In this document: positions 1-13,811 of the stretch, piece by piece | Layout: every line of letters begins with the position of its first letter | How positions within the stretch are numbered: position 1 is the stretch's first letter | NCBI RefSeq assembly: GCF_902713615.1 | Contig: NC_052153.1 | Span: forward strand, 190,254,826 to 190,318,825 | Reading direction: 5' to 3' | DNA from: Scyliorhinus canicula | Lineage: Eukaryota | Length of the DNA: 64,000 nucleotides | Translations under genes and position numbers: made by a program | The notes under the pieces: model-generated | What the model was told of the DNA's origin: nothing | Databases searched by the model: none | The model's input: the letters and a program-made list of their open reading frames with translations, nothing else

Positions 1-272
1 CAATATACATATAGACTTGGTGAACCTAATTAGCAACTAATGCTGTAGAGTTTACGAGATGGGTTTCTGGAGTAGCAAGTTGAAAACCAACTGGGGATTG
101 GACCATTTTAGATTTTGTATTATGTAATAAGGAATTAATAGCAGCTATAAAGGAGCCTTTGGGAAATGGTGACCATATGATAGAATTCACATCAAGTTTG
201 AAAGTAATAGTTTATTCTGAGCCTAGTGACTTTTTTTTGCTGATGGCGGGTCTTTTTCAAAAATTCATTCTT

Positions 273-2865
273 TTTTTTAAACAAACAATTTTAATGAGGT
301 ATTTTTTGGCATTACAAACAACAACAGTATAAAAACAAACAGTGCACAAAGAATAATAAACATTGTGTAAACACTGCCACCCATCCCTCCAAGACCCGCC
401 TATTTAACCTCCTATTCTACACTACCCTAGCCCCCCCCCCCACTGACAATTAATTCAGGTCCCCCATCCTCTCAATTCCCACCCTTTGCCATACTCAAAA
501 TCCTCCATCCAGGCTCCATGGGACAAATCGGTGGTTGTCACATATTGGGGACCAAACCGATGCTCCCACTGCTCCAACGTACCTCCTCCACTGACCCCAG
601 ATCCTCAAGGCCGCCACCACCATGGGATTGGTGGAATATCTCGCTGGCGGGAACAGCAGAGGTGCCGTTATCAAGCTGGTGCCCCTACTTGAAGTTGCCT
701 CCATCCGCTCCCAAACCGATCCCGTCCCCACCACCCACTTCCTTATCATAGCAATATTGGCCGCCCAATAGTAATTACTGAAGCTTGGCAGGGCAAGCCC
801 CCCATCCCCCGATTCCTCTAGAGCATCGCTTTCTTCACCCCCGGGGACTTACCCGCCCAGACAAAGCACAAAATGATTTTATTAATCCTCTTAAAAAAGG
901 ACAATGGGATGAAAATTGGGAGGCATTGGAATACAATTAAAAATCTCGGTAGGACCGTCATCTTAACCATCTGCACCCTCCCAGCCAGCGACAGTGGTAG
1001 TGCATCCCATCTGCGAAACTCGCCCCTCATCTGCTCGACCAACCGGGACAAGTTCAGCTTGTGTAACCGGCCCCAGTCGCACACCACTTGTATTCCTGGA
1101 TACCTAAAATTGTCCCCCACTACCCTAAACGGAAGCTCCCTCAGCCGACCCTCCTGACCTCTTGCCTGGACTACAAACATCTCGCTCTTTATCATGTTCA
1201 GTTTATATCCCAAAAACCAGCCAAATTCTCCCAGAATCGCCATGATCTCACCCATCCCTGTTCCTGGATCTGCTACATACAAGAGCAGGTCGTCCGCATA
1301 CAGCAAGACCCTATGTTCCACCCCCCCCCCCCACCCGAACAAGCCCCTTCCAACCCCTTGAAGCTCTCAGAGCAATTGCCACCGGCTCTATAGCTAACAC
1401 AAACAATAGTGGGGAGAGGGGGCATCCCTGTCTTGTCCTCCAGTGCAGTCTAAAATAGTCCGAAGTTGTCCTATTCGTCCTTACACTCACTTCCGGGACC
1501 TGGTACAACAGCCTAACCCAGTCGATAAAGCCCCTACCGAAACCAAATTGACCCAACACCTCCCATAGATAGTCCCACTCCACCCGGTTGAACGCCTTAT
1601 CTGCATCCATGGCTACCACTACCTCCCTACTCACCGGTGGCATCATAATCACGTTGAGCAGCCTTCTTATATTGGCCACCAACAGCCTGCCCTTGACAAA
1701 CCCGGTTTGATCCTCCATAATCACATCCGGCACACAATCTTCAATCCTGGAAGCCAAAACTCTGGCCAGCAACTTGGCGTCCACATTAAGCAGGGAGATC
1801 GGCCTATAAGATCCACATAGCTCCGGGTTCTTGTCCCGCTTTAATATTAACAAAATAGTGGCCTGTGACATTGTCGGGGGCAGCACCCATCTATCCCTCA
1901 CCTCATTGAAAACCTTGACCAACAACGGCCCTAAAATACCCCATAGAATTTCTTGTAGAATTCCACCGGATACCTGTTCGGCCCCAGGGCCTTACCCGAC
2001 TGCATTGCCTTCAAGCCCTCAACTATTTCTTCGGCCCTGATCGAAGCCCCCAGCCCATCCATCAGCTCCCTACCCACCCTTGGGAAGGTCAGTCCGTCCA
2101 AAAAGTGCCTCATCCCCTCGGGCCCTGTTGGAGGGAGGTTCCGAATGATAGAGTCTGCTGTAAAAGTCCCAGAATGCCCTGTTTAGCCCTGCCGATTCCC
2201 CTACCAGATTCCCATCCCTATCAACCACCTTTTCTATTTCCCTGGCCGCCTCCCTCTTCCTAAGCTGCTGAGCCAGCATTCTGGTGGCTTTCTTCCATGT
2301 TCATAAAACGCCCCCCTCGCCTTTCTAAGCTGCTCCACTGCCTTGCCTGTGGACAACACCCCGAACTCAGCCTGCAGCCTCCGACGTTCCTTTAACAGCT
2401 CCACCCCCGGGGTCGCCGCATACCTTCTAGCAACCTGTAGGATCTCCTCAACCAGTCGGTCCGTCTCTGCCCTATCTGTCCTGTCCCTATGAGCCCGGAT
2501 CGAAATCAGCTCCTCTCTCAGCACTGCCTTCAGCGCCTCCCAGACCACCGCTGCTGAGACTTCCCCCATGTCGTTGACCTGCAGGTAGTTCTGCATGCAC
2601 TTCCTCACCCTGTCGCACACTGCCTCGTCCGCTAACAAGCCCACATCCAATCTCCATTGCGGGTGCTGGAAGCTCTCCTCACTAACCTGCAGTTCCAGCC
2701 AATGTGGGCCATGATCCGAAATAGTGATGGCCGAGTACCCCGTGTCCACCACCCCCACCAGCAAATCCCTGCTCAAAATAAAAAAGTATATACGGGAATA
2801 AACCGTATGAACATGTGAATAGAGAGAAAACTCCCTCCCGTTGGCTGCCTAAACTCCATGGGTCG

Positions 2866-2897
<32 letters not shown>

Positions 2898-4969
2898 ATC
2901 TGCTCCATGAACCCCAACAGTTCCTTTGCCATGCTGGCACCCTCCCCGTTTTCGAACATGGCCGGTCCAGGCCGGGGTTGATGACCGTATTAAAATCCCC
3001 GCCCATCACCAACTTGTGAGAGTCCAGGTCAAGTATCTTCCCCACCACCCTCTTTATGAATTCTACATTGTCCCAGTTTGTCACGTACACGTTAACCAAG
3101 ACTACCTTCCTCCCCTCCAGCTTACCGCTCATCATGACATAACGTCCCCCCCCGTCCGAGACGATACTGCCCACCTGAAATTGCACCTGCTTATTGATCA
3201 AAATCGCCACCCCTCTAGTCTTGATGTCCAACCCCGAATGAAAGATCTGATTGACCCAACCCTTCCTTAGCCTGATTTGATCCGCTACTCTCAGGTGTGT
3301 CTCCTGCAACATCACCACGTCCGCCTTCAGAGCTCTCAGATGCGCGAACACAAGTGTCCTCTTGACCGGCCCATTCAGCCCTCTAACATTCCAGGTGATC
3401 AGCCTGGTTGGGGGGCACCACCCCACCCGCCAATCAGCCATCCCCTTTCCTGGGCCCGCCCCCAGCCCATGTGCCACACCTCCATCGGCCCGCTTCTTGG
3501 TAGCCCCCATCCCCGACCTCCTCTCTGTCCCAAAACCCAAGTCCCTGCCTCGTCAGCAGAGTAACTCCCCCCATCCCCCCTAGCAACACCACCTTGTAAC
3601 CTAACCCCAGCCAGCTGGTGACTCTCGGCTCCGGCGCCAAAAAGTCTCCCACCTATTGTTCCCTACTCCCCTTTCCCCCGCCCATCGAAACCACTTTCCT
3701 CCTCAAACCAAGACTGAACAATCTCCCAATTTCCAAGGAGACAACCCCAAAAGAAAAATCCAAAGAACCCTCCCCCAATAGTGCAAATCAAAGTAATAAA
3801 AAAATAAAGAAAGTAAAAAACTCCCACCAGCCATCCCCCGCAAAACACCGAAAACCCATAGAAACCGAATAACTTTTACTTCCCCATCTTCACCCAACTT
3901 AAAAGCAGAAGAAAAACGACAGTCAAAACGTATGAACATCACTCGGAAAAGTTACAACTTAAAACAAAAAGTTCTCAATTCAGCACCAGCCCTTTCTTCT
4001 TGGCAAAGTCCACTGCGTCTTCAGGCAACTCGAAATAATGGTGCTGATCCTCGTATGTAACCCACAGACGCGGCAGATGAAGCAGCCCAAATTTCACCTT
4101 ATTCTTAAACAGGATCTCCTTCACTTGCCTGAAGCCTGCCCTCCTTCTGGCCACCTCCACACTCAGGTCCTGATAAGACATGCAATACGCTATTGTTCCA
4201 TTTGCAGTTCCTAGTACGCTTGGCCCACTGGAGAACACACTACTTATCCAAAAATCTGTGGAACCGGACCATCATCGCCCTTGGGGGGTCCCCCGGCTTT
4301 GGCTTCCTCCCCATCGCCCTGTCCACCTCCAACGGTCGGGGAAAAGCCCCCTCCCCCAGAAGCTTCTGGAACATACTCGCCACAAACTCGCCAGCGTCAG
4401 CCCCCTCAGGGAGACCGACAATTCTTAAGTTCTGCCGGAGAGCTCTGTTCGCCAGATCTTCCACCTTCTCCAACAGCCTCTTTTGCTGATCCTTCAGCAT
4501 CCCCACCTCTAGTTCAACCACCGTTTGGTGCTCCTCCTGGTCCGCCAGCCCTTTCTCCAACTTCTGAATCGTCCGATCCTGGGCATCCAGCCTGCACTCC
4601 AGCTGATCGATCAACTCCTTTATCGGGTCAAGACAGTCCCGTTTCTGTCTGGCAAAGGCCTCCTGGATGACCTGCATCAGCTCCTCCGTCGATGGTTGGG
4701 TCGTCGCAGCAGGGGTCCGAACATCAGCCATTTTGTCTTCAGCTGCCACCTCACCCAGCCCTTGCTTCCCCTTTTATTTCTTCCTTTTCGGTCCCTTGGG
4801 TTCTCCGTTCCATGCACCACTGTGTGAATCCAGAGCCTAATCGTCTGCGCCTTCAAAGCCAAAACTCAAAACCACGATAAAGTCGGGGGAAAAGGTCCAA
4901 AAGTCCGACCAGAGCGGGAGCCACCAAACGTGCGACTTACTTCCTCATAGCCGCCACCGGAAATCTCTT
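273..4969 (-). mobile_element. L1-clade LINE spanning 5' end to poly(A), frameshifted, ORF2 C-terminus deleted
   Basis: ORF1 with coiled coil and L1 ORF1p-like motifs (RQNLRIVGLPEG, ARRRAGF..K..L; 4749-3975). ORF2 APE endonuclease (ITWNVRGLN, LQETH, GGDFN, SDH) and RT (YRPISLLNVDAK, QGCPLSP, YADD) in broken frames. A-tail at about 273-278. 13-bp TSD AAAATTCATTCTT at 260-272 and 4970-4982. Confidence 0.93.
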
Positions 4970-6000
4970 AAAATTCATTCTTGGGATGTGAGCGTCGCTG
5001 GCTGGGCCAGCATTTGTTGCTCATGCCTAATTGCCCTCGAATTGAATTGCATACTGGGCCATATATGAGAGGGGACAGTTAAGAGTCAACTGCATTACTG
5101 TGTGGGTCTGGAATCACATCTAGGCCAGAGCAGGTAAAGATGGCAGATTTCCTTCCCTGAAAGACATTAGTGAACCAGATGGGTTTTTGTGACAATCAAC
5201 AATGGTTTCATGGATATTGTTACTTTAAATTCCAGACTTTTATTGAATTCAAATTTCACCATCTGCCATGGCTGGATTTGAACCCATGGCCCCAGAGCAT
5301 TACTCGGGGTCTCTGGATACTAGTCTAGTGACAATACCATTACATCACTACCTTCCCACAAGCTCCCTATTCCGGTCCCACTGCTGTCAGTGGAGTTTCC
5401 CATTGTTCGCACCCTCTTCCCCTGGGGAACCTGTGGCAGAGGTTTGCAGTCGGCGAGATGGGATGATCCCGCCAGTGGGAATGGCCAGAAAATCCCACCT
5501 AGAGTCTTAAATTAATTCTACAGTCCCGTGTGCTTCACCCGACGCCAGTGTCTATGTATTTACATTGTGTACCGTGTGTTGCCCTATTATGTATTTTCTT
5601 TTACTTTTCTTTTCATCTATTTAATGATCTGCTCGGAGAAAAATATGTTTCACTGTACCTCGGTACACGTGACAATAAACAAACCCAAAACTGTAGAAAG
5701 GAAATTTTGATGATATAAGGGCAAGTTGACTTGGAAAATACACAAAAGAAATTGACAGCAGACAGGCAATGGCTAGTATTTAAGCTAGTAATACAGTCTA
5801 CAAGAAATATACATTCCCCAAAGACACAAAAACCCAATGGGAAAGGTGGATCAACTGTGGCTAACACAATAAATTAAAGACTGCATAAGATCAAAGGAAG
5901 TGGCTTATAGATTTGCTAAAAAGTTGTAAACGCGAGGATTGAGAGAAATTTAAAATCCGCAAAGGGTGATTATGAAACTAATAAAGAAAGGGAAAAGTAA

Positions 6001-7160
6001 GACAACATAAGAACGAGGAGCAGGCCATCCGGCAACTTCAAGCCTGCTCTGCCGTTCAATAAGATCATGACTGATCTTTTTTGTGGACTCAGCTCCACTT
6101 ACCCACCCGTTCACCCCACCTGCTCACCATAACCTTTTATTTCTTTACTGTTGAAAAATCTATCTGTCTTTGCCATAAAAACATTCAATGAGCTAGCCTC
6201 AACTGCTTCACTGGGCAGGGAATTCCACAGATTCACAACCATTTGGGTGAAGTTCCTCCTCAACTCAGTCCTAAATCTGCTCCCCCTTATTTTGAGGCTA
6301 TGCTCCCTAGTTCTAATTTCACCTACCAGTGGAAACAACCTCCCTGCTTCTATCTTAACTATTCCTTTCATAATTTTATGTTTCTATCTGATCCCCCCTC
6401 ATTCTTCTAAATTCCAATGAGTATAGTCCCAGTCTACTCAGTCTCTCCTTATAAGCCAACCCTCCCAACTGTGGAATTAACCGAGTGAATCTCCTCTCCA
6501 CCCCCTCCAGTGCCAGTACGTCCTTTCTCAAGTAAGGAGACCAAAGCTGTACACAATACCCCAGGTGTGGCCTCGCCAGCATCCGATTCAGTTACAACAT
6601 AACCTCCCTGTTTTTAAACTCCATTCCTCTAGCAACGAAGGACAATATTCCATTTGCCTTCTTAATTACCCGCTGTACCTGCAAATCAATTTTTTGCGAT
6701 TCATGTACAAGGTCATCCAGGTCCCTCTGCACAGCAGCATGCTGCATTTTTTTACCATTTAAATAATTGCCCATTTTGCTGTCATTCCTACCAAAATGGA
6801 TGACCTCACATTTACCAACATTGTACTCCACCTGCCAGACCCTTGCCCACTCACTTATCTATATCCCTCTGCACACTTTGCTCTACCACTCATCTTAGTG
6901 TCATCTGAGAACTTTGACACGTTACACTTGATCCCCAACTCCAAATCATCTATGTAAATTATAAACAATGGCGGTTCCAACACTGATCCCTGAGGCACAC
7001 CACTAGCCGCTGATCTCCTACCAGAAAAACACTAATTTATCCCCACTCTTTGCTTTCTGTTAGTTAACCAATCCTCTATCCATGCTATTAAATTACCCAT
7101 AACGCCATGCACCGTCATCTTATGCAGCAACCTTTTGTGCAGCACCTTGTCGAATGCCTT
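6001..7160 (-). mobile_element. CR1 LINE 3' fragment inserted into an older + strand CR1
   Basis: CR1 RT C-terminal motifs (MEYNVGKCEVIHFG, RPHLGYCVQLWSP, RRMRGD, VVNLWNSLP). Flanks at 5690-6000 and 7165-7495 are collinear + strand CR1 ORF2 remnants. Confidence 0.85.
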
Positions 7161-7499
7161 CGAATGTATGCCAGTGAGAAACATAAAGGCCCACTGTAAA
7201 GGTTTCTTTAGGTATGTGAAAAGGAAGGTCTAGCAGGGAAAAATGTGGCTCCATTTCAAGGGCAGGGGAGTTTATAATGGAGTACAGGGAAATGGCAGAG
7301 AAACTAAATGATTACTTCATGTCTGTCTTCACGGAGGAAGATACAGACAATGTCCTAGAAATACCAGGGAACTTATGGAAATTAAAGACTGAAATAAATT
7401 AGTATTAAGAAAGATGTAGCGCTCAAAAAACTAATTGGATTGATGGTTGGCAAGTCCCTTGGACCGAATGAGCTACATTCCTGAGTGTTGAAAGTGGGC

Positions 7500-8652
7500 G
7501 GGCTCCATCTTGCGCCCAACCTTACCTTTAAAATGGAGCAATTAAATTAATTCCCTTTCCTTGGTGTGCTAGTTGAGAATTCAGCCAGGGAGGTTCTCTA
7601 CCACAATCATCACAAGTCTACCATCACTGGTCAATATATGCATTTGGATTCTTACAGCTCTATGTGCTCGAAGATTGGCTTTATCGGCAGCTGCGCAAAT
7701 AGGGTCCGAGCCATTTGTTCATCATGCAAGTTTGATGCTGAAATAAGGTCACATCAAAGGCACCCTGTGGGATAATGGCACCTTGATTGTGTATTTCGCA
7801 CAAACGGATCTTAAGGTTGTCACTTTCGGCCCTGAAAAGTGCCCAGTCTGCCTCAGATTGCCTTGGAAAAGCCAAGTATCCAAAAACAAGTTGAGCAACA
7901 GGTGAGGCTAGCTGTTTCACACTGCTGCTATACAGTGGCAACACGAGTGGCATATGCCACAAACAGGATGATAACGCCAAGCCTATCATACAACTGAATG
8001 ATGTGGTTATATGAATTTCAGTGCCAGCGTGATGCTAGGTACGTAGGCCGTATGGCTGAGGACTTGGAGGCTTCTATCAAACAACATGTCCCTTCTCCTG
8101 TTTGCAACGGGCCAGGTATAGACTAGACTGTGTTTGCAAAATTCAAAACACACTTTCCAACACTAGATGTGATTCCTCGATTGGACAATATTTGCGAAAT
8201 AATCCTCCGTGTGTTAAGAATTATGCTGCCATCCAATTTAAGATTGTCAGTTGGGCTCACAGTGTGGCACATTTGCGTGTACTGCTAGATATATTAATAC
8301 AGGGTCCTGTTCATTGCAGACAAAAAGAACATGTACATATATTGCGCCCTTTCCAGCTAAACAAGTAAGTGACAGCCATTTGCTGGTTCATTCCTCAGGG
8401 GAGCGTCGTGGCCAATAAGAGTCAAGCTGTCTGGTTTCAATTTCAAACAATGCTTAGCAATTAACAGTCAGTCACCATCAACTGGTGCATTCCCCATGGC
8501 AACACCTCTTATCTATCAAAATCGACTTGCCAGCAATCAGCATTCTGTCATACAAAATAAATTTCTGTTCCTATTACATTTGGAATTTGTGTGAATTGCC
8601 CTGATGAGTGCAGGCCGAAAAACATCAATAAAGTGTGTCTCTTTTTGCAGCA
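7500..8652 (+). mobile_element. Degenerate Penelope-like element (RT thumb, GIY-YIG, hammerhead remnant)
   Basis: TGQYMHLDSYS..KIG thumb motif. VVYEFQCQRDARYVGR GIY-YIG-like motif at about 8003-8050. CTGATGA...GAAA core at 8601-8620. Confidence 0.75.
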
Positions 8653-8682
8653 AAACTACAGACTGGTTAGTTTGACGCCAGT

Positions 8683-8992
8683 AATAATAATAATTTTTAT
8701 TATTGTCACAAGTAGGCTTACACTAACTGCAATGAAGTTACTGTGAAAATCCCCACGTCCCCACATTCCAGCGCCTGTTCGGTACAGGGAGGGAGAATTC
8801 AGAATGTCCAAATTACCTAACAGCACGTCTTTCGGGACTTGTGGGAGGAAACCAGAGCACCTGGAGAAAACCCACGCAGACACAGGGAAAATTGCAGACT
8901 CCGCACAGGCAGTGATCCAAGCCGGGAAGTGAACCTGGGATCCTGGAACGGTGAAGCAACAGAGTTAACCACTGTGCTACCGTGCTGTACCG
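8683..8992 (-). repeat. tRNA-derived V-SINE (HE1-like) with (ATT)n-ending tail
   Basis: V-domain core (revcomp TGCGTGGGTTTTCTCCAGGTGCTCTGGTTTCCTCCCACA). Similar copies at about 11665-11910, 15085-15295, 29910-30185 (-) and 32560-32812 (+). Confidence 0.8.
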
Positions 8993-9750
8993 TATTAGAG
9001 AAAATGTTAGAATTTATTAGAAAGTAGCTGATAACTGGATGCCTAGAAAATAATTATTGATTGGGCAGAATCAACATGGATTTATGAGCGGGAAATCATG
9101 GTTGACAAACCTGTTGGGGTTTTTTGAGGCTGTTACTTGTGGTGCATTTGAATTTTCTGAAGGTGTATAAGGTACCACCAGGAAATTAGTAAACAAAATT
9201 AGAGCACATGGGATTGGGGATAATATACTAGTTTGTATTGAGAATCGGTTAACAGACAGAAAAGAGCGACTAGGAATAAACAGGTCATTCTCAGGATGGC
9301 AGGTTGTCACTAGTGGGGTACAACAGGGACTAGTGATTAGGCCATAGCTGTTCACAATCTATATCAATGATTTGGATGTGGGGACCAAATGTAATATTTC
9401 CAAATTTGTAGATGACACAGAACTAGATGATAATATAAGTTGTGGAGGATGCAAGGAGGTTTCAAGGGAACCTGGACAGGCTAAGTGAATGGACAAGAAC
9501 ATGGCAGAATATGATGTGAATAAGTGTGAAGTTATACACTTTGGTAGAAAAAAAAAAGAGAAAGGCAGAGTATTTCTTAATTGGCAAGATGTTTTTGAGT
9601 GTTGGTGCCCAAAGGGATCTGGGTGTCCTTGTTCATTAGTCACCAAAAGATAGTTTGCAGGTGCAGCAAGCAATTCGGGGTCTGGGTACAGGAGTAAACA
9701 TGTCTTGCTGCAATTGTATAGAACCCTGATGAGGCAGCATCTGGAGTAAC
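8990..9750 (+). mobile_element. CR1 RT fragment (continuation of the interrupted + strand CR1)
   Basis: Degenerate QHGF, SGVQQG, YINDLD and KFVDDT motifs. Confidence 0.75.
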
Positions 9751-10119
9751 CACAATTCGAGAATAGCAGAAACTATTGAATTTGTGACTGGCTTACGAGA
9801 AAAATGAAAGAGGGCAAGAGAAAGCTGGATACACACGTCTCAGCATCAAGGTGTGGTCGAAAATCAAGGTGGTTAATGAGTGCACACGTACAAGGGATGG
9901 TCAACATTCAAAATTTTCTTTGTGGATTGCCAAGATACAATTCTGATTAATTGGAAGGTTTCTTGTAAATGCAACACGTTTATCCAACATTCCACAATCT
10001 TGATAATTATGGAATTTTACAGCACAGGAAGAGGCCACGTGGCCCATAGTGTTTGAACTGCCTTTTTGCAAGCGCCATATCTTTATTCTCATTCTTCACA
10101 CCTGTTTAATATTTTCTAA

Positions 10120-11245
10120 TTCAATAAAATTTGACTCCAACTCTATTTACAAGTTTGCTGATAACATGACCGCAGTGGGTCAGATCTCAAACAACAATGA
10201 GTCCGAGTACAAGAGGGAGATAAAAGAACCTATATCATCTATATAGGTTTATAGGGCTGGTTTAGAACACTGGGCTAAATCGCTGGCTTTGAAAGCAGAC
10301 CAAGGCAGGCCAGCAGCACTGTTCAATTCCCGGACTGGCCTCCCCGAACAGGCGCCGGAATGTGGCGACTAGGGGCGTTTCACAGTAACTTCATTTGAAG
10401 CCTACTTGTGAAAATAAGCGATTTTCATTTCAATTCTATAATCTTTATTAGTGTCACAAGTAACTAGTGGCATGGTGTAACGACAACAATCTCTCCCTCA
10501 ATGTCAGCAAAACTAAGATGCTGGTCATCGACTTCAGGAAGCAAAACATTGTACACACCCCTGTCTGCATCAGTGGAACCGAGGTGGAGATGGTTTCAAA
10601 TTCCTAGGTGTACAGATCACCACAATCTGTCCTGGTCCGCCCATGCTGCGCCATAACCAAGAAAGCACAACAACGCCTATACTTCCTCAGGAAACTAAGC
10701 AAATTCAGCACGCCCACATTGACTCTTACCAACTTTTCACAGGTGCACCATAGAAAGCATCCTATCTGGCTGCATCACAGCCTGGTATGGCAACTGCTCG
10801 GCCCAAGACCATAAGAAACTATAGCCCAGTCCATCACGTCAATCTGTCTCTCATCCATTGACTCTGTCTACATCTCCAACTACCTTGGGAAAGCAGGCAG
10901 CATAATCAAAGACCCCTCCCACCCGGGTTATTCTTTCTTCCAACCTCGTCCACCGGGCAGAAGATGGCAAAAGTCTGAGAACACACGCCAACAGATTCAA
11001 AAACAGCTTCTTCCCCGCTGTTACCAGACACGTGAATGACCCTCTTATGGACTGAACTGATTTCTCTATGCATCTGCTCTACTGTATAGCACTGCACTCC
11101 ATACGTTTCACCGATGTCTGTGTCTATGTATCTACATTGTGTATTTATCATATGTCCTATGTTTTTCATGTATGGAATGATCCACCTGTACTGTACACAG
11201 AACAATACTTTTCACTGTACCTCGGTGAAAACAAATCTAAATCAA
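10120..11245 (+). mobile_element. LINE 3' fragment (Rex1/Babar- or L2-like RT tail)
   Basis: KFADNMT and KKAQQRLYFLRKL motifs. An antisense copy lies at about 32815-33390. Confidence 0.6.
10253..10432 (+). repeat. Short tRNA-derived SINE, second family
   Basis: GGGCTGGTTTAG... head with B-box-like GTTCAATTCC, and a tail shared with a V-SINE subfamily. Copies at 12408-12570 (-), 43192-43365 (+), 43978-44180 (-) and 54068-54258 (-). Confidence 0.75.
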
Positions 11246-11398
11246 ATTTACCTACCTTCCTTTTCAAAATCATCCTGCTCTAAACACTGTTTCTGCTGCC
11301 CTGTAAGGCTTACATTGAAAAAAATATAACATCACTCTTATCTTTTTTGGTGATGATCCCAAATTTAAGATCTCACAAAACAGGTTTACCTGACTTAC

Positions 11399-11450
11399 TT
11401 TCACAAAATCATTTTGAATTTCTCGATTTGATCTCCTCGCCTTGTCCGTT
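11399..11450 (-). other. Candidate exon 3 of unidentified divergent transcript
   Basis: Unique sequence between repeats. Acceptor TTCATTAG at 11452-11451 and consensus donor AAA|GTAAGT. 52 nt. Confidence 0.35.
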
Positions 11451-12929
11451 CTAATGAACATATGTTTTTTTTTAAAATACATTCACAGGCGCGAACGTCA
11501 CTGTGAAGGCCAGTCTGAATCACCCTTGAGAAGGTGGTGGTGAGCTGTCTCCTTGAATACAGCTGAGTGGCTGGTATTCCAGAGGGCAGTTAAGAGTTAA
11601 TCACATTGCTGACGATCCAGTCAAATCTAAGCCAGACCCAGATAAGGATGTCAGATTTTTAAATAATAATAATCTCCATCGTCACAAGTAGGCTTACATT
11701 AACACCGCAATGAAGTTACTGTGAAAATCCCCTTGTCCAAATTACCTAACAGCGCGTCTTTCGGGACTTGTGGGAGGAGACCGGAGCACCCGGAGGAAAC
11801 CCACGCAGACATGGGGAGAACGTGCAGACGCCGCACAGTGACCCAAGGCCGGGAATCGGACCTGGGACCCTGGAGCTGTGAAGCAACAGTGCTAACCACT
11901 GTGTCGCCCTGATTTCCTTTCCTAAAGGGCATTAGTGAACCAGAATTATGTCAATCTAGTAGGTTCATGGGAGTCATCCATCGCCAAGAATGCAGACTCA
12001 GTAGCATTGAGGGCATCTGATAACCATTTTTTAGTGGCAAGGCCAAGATGGATACTAAATAATCGGCCAGCTGAACAGGCTGAACTCCTTTCTCATTCCT
12101 ATTTATACACACTTTAAAATAACATTAAGCTGAACTCCCACCACACCCACACTTTCATATTGTATTCAGTCAAGGGAATTCTGGCCAATTTTTACGTTAG
12201 CAGATCCAGGATCAAACCAGGATCCTGTTCTCCACAGCTCAATTTCACAATGAGACATGCCCATGAGTTCCGAGAAGGTGAGGCGCTGCTCAATTGGGAG
12301 CCAATGTAGATCAATGAGCGCAGTGCTGATAGGAGAAAGGAATTTGGTGCGAGTTAGGACATGTTATGCATAGTTTTATATGATGTGAAATTTACAGAGT
12401 AGAAATAAAAAATGAAAATCGCTTATTGTCACAAGTAGGCTTCAAATGAAGTTACTGTGAAAAGCCCCTAGTCGCCACATTCCAGCACCTGTTCAGGGAG
12501 GCTAGTGCGGGAATTGAACCGTGCTGCTGGCCTGCTTGCAAAGCCAACGATTTAGCCCTGTGCTAAACCAGGTGGTTACAAAGTATTGCTGAAAAGCCAA
12601 ATTTGGAGGTAACAAATGAATGAGGATTTCAAGAGCAGATAAGCTGAGAAATAACTGGAGTCAAACAATGGTACAGATGTGGAAATAGGTGATGTGAAAG
12701 ATGGCACTAATAGGTGGTTGGCAACTCATCTCACTGATAAAACTGACACCAAGATTGCAAACAGTTTGGTTCTGCTTCCTTAGCTTTACATCCAGGGTTA
12801 CGGGGATAGGGTGGGGGTATGGGCCTAGGTTGAGTGCTCTTTCTGAGGGTCGGTGCTGACCCGATGGGCCGAATGGACTCCTTCTGCACTTTAGAGATTC
12901 TATTTATCTGTGAAGTATCGTGATTGTTG

Positions 12930-13200
12930 TAGCGTAGGAAACAGGGGAACCAATTTGTGCACAGCAAGCTCCCACAAATAGCAATGGGACTATGCCCAGA
13001 TAAACGTAACTTTTAAAACATGCTGTGGATTGTGGAATAAATATAGTCAGGATAGCTCTTTTTGGAATAATGCCATTCAATCTTTAATGTCCACTTGAGA
13101 GCAGATGGATCTCGGTTTAATGTCTCACCAAAAAAACAGCACCTCGGACAGTGCAGCATTCCCTCAGTACTGCACTGAGACGTCAGTCTGGATTCTACAC
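12930..13200 (-). repeat. Deu-domain SINE-like (SacSINE1-like) fragment
   Basis: Revcomp CAGTGCAGTACTGAGGGAATGCTGCACTGTCCGAGGTGCTG...GAGACATTAAACCGAG resembles the recalled Deu-SINE core. More degenerate copies at about 17085-17185, 46520-46900 and 49950-50200. Confidence 0.55.
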
Positions 13201-13289
13201 TCGTGCTGACAAACCTTTTCCATTTCAAATCTATAAACTGTCTCATCCCATGCCCATCAAATGTGCACAGCTGACGCCCTTCCCCACAC

Positions 13290-13569
13290 CTTTAGGTTTT
13301 CTGAATTAAGTTCCATCGGGTTTAATGGCGACATCATCTCTACTGCTTGATTATCAAAGTTTTCAGTATGAGGGTTGGACGTGATAGTTTGGGCCATAAA
13401 CTGACTCAAACCACAGTGAGTAATATAGCGCTCAGGAAGTGATTCAGCTTACAACTTATAGATTGACGTCACTGCGACATGAATTGCATCAATATCGCTG
13501 TTTTGAGTCATTTCTGGGAAAGCCTTTAACCTAACCTCACTTGTTACAAACACAAAGGTAGTTTTATAC
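13290..13569 (-). other. Candidate exon 2 of unidentified divergent transcript, with ATG at 13397 (MAQTITSNPHTENFDNQAVEMMSPLNPMELNSENLK)
   Basis: Non-repetitive. CTAAT branch-like motif plus TGCAG acceptor at 13571-13570. AAG|GTGTGG donor at 13289. 36 codons open to the donor. Confidence 0.45.
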
Positions 13570-13767
13570 CTGCATTAATAAATATTAGAAATAAGGGATT
13601 GGGGGGGGGGGGGGGGGGGGGGTGCTTTCGACCTCCCCTCTCTCCTTGTCCGTGAGAAACGCAGCGCCGGCTCAAAATCTGGAGAGAAATTCAGCGCCGG
13701 CTCAAAATCTGGAGGGAATGGAAAAACGCGATTCTTTCCAGTGTGATCGGGTTTTGGAACATTCAAC

Positions 13768-13811
<44 letters not shown>

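Noticed and set aside
273-4969. Active, autonomous L1
   Set aside because: Multiple frameshifts and a deleted ORF2 C-terminus. Some shifts at homopolymers could be sequencing error, but the deletion is not.
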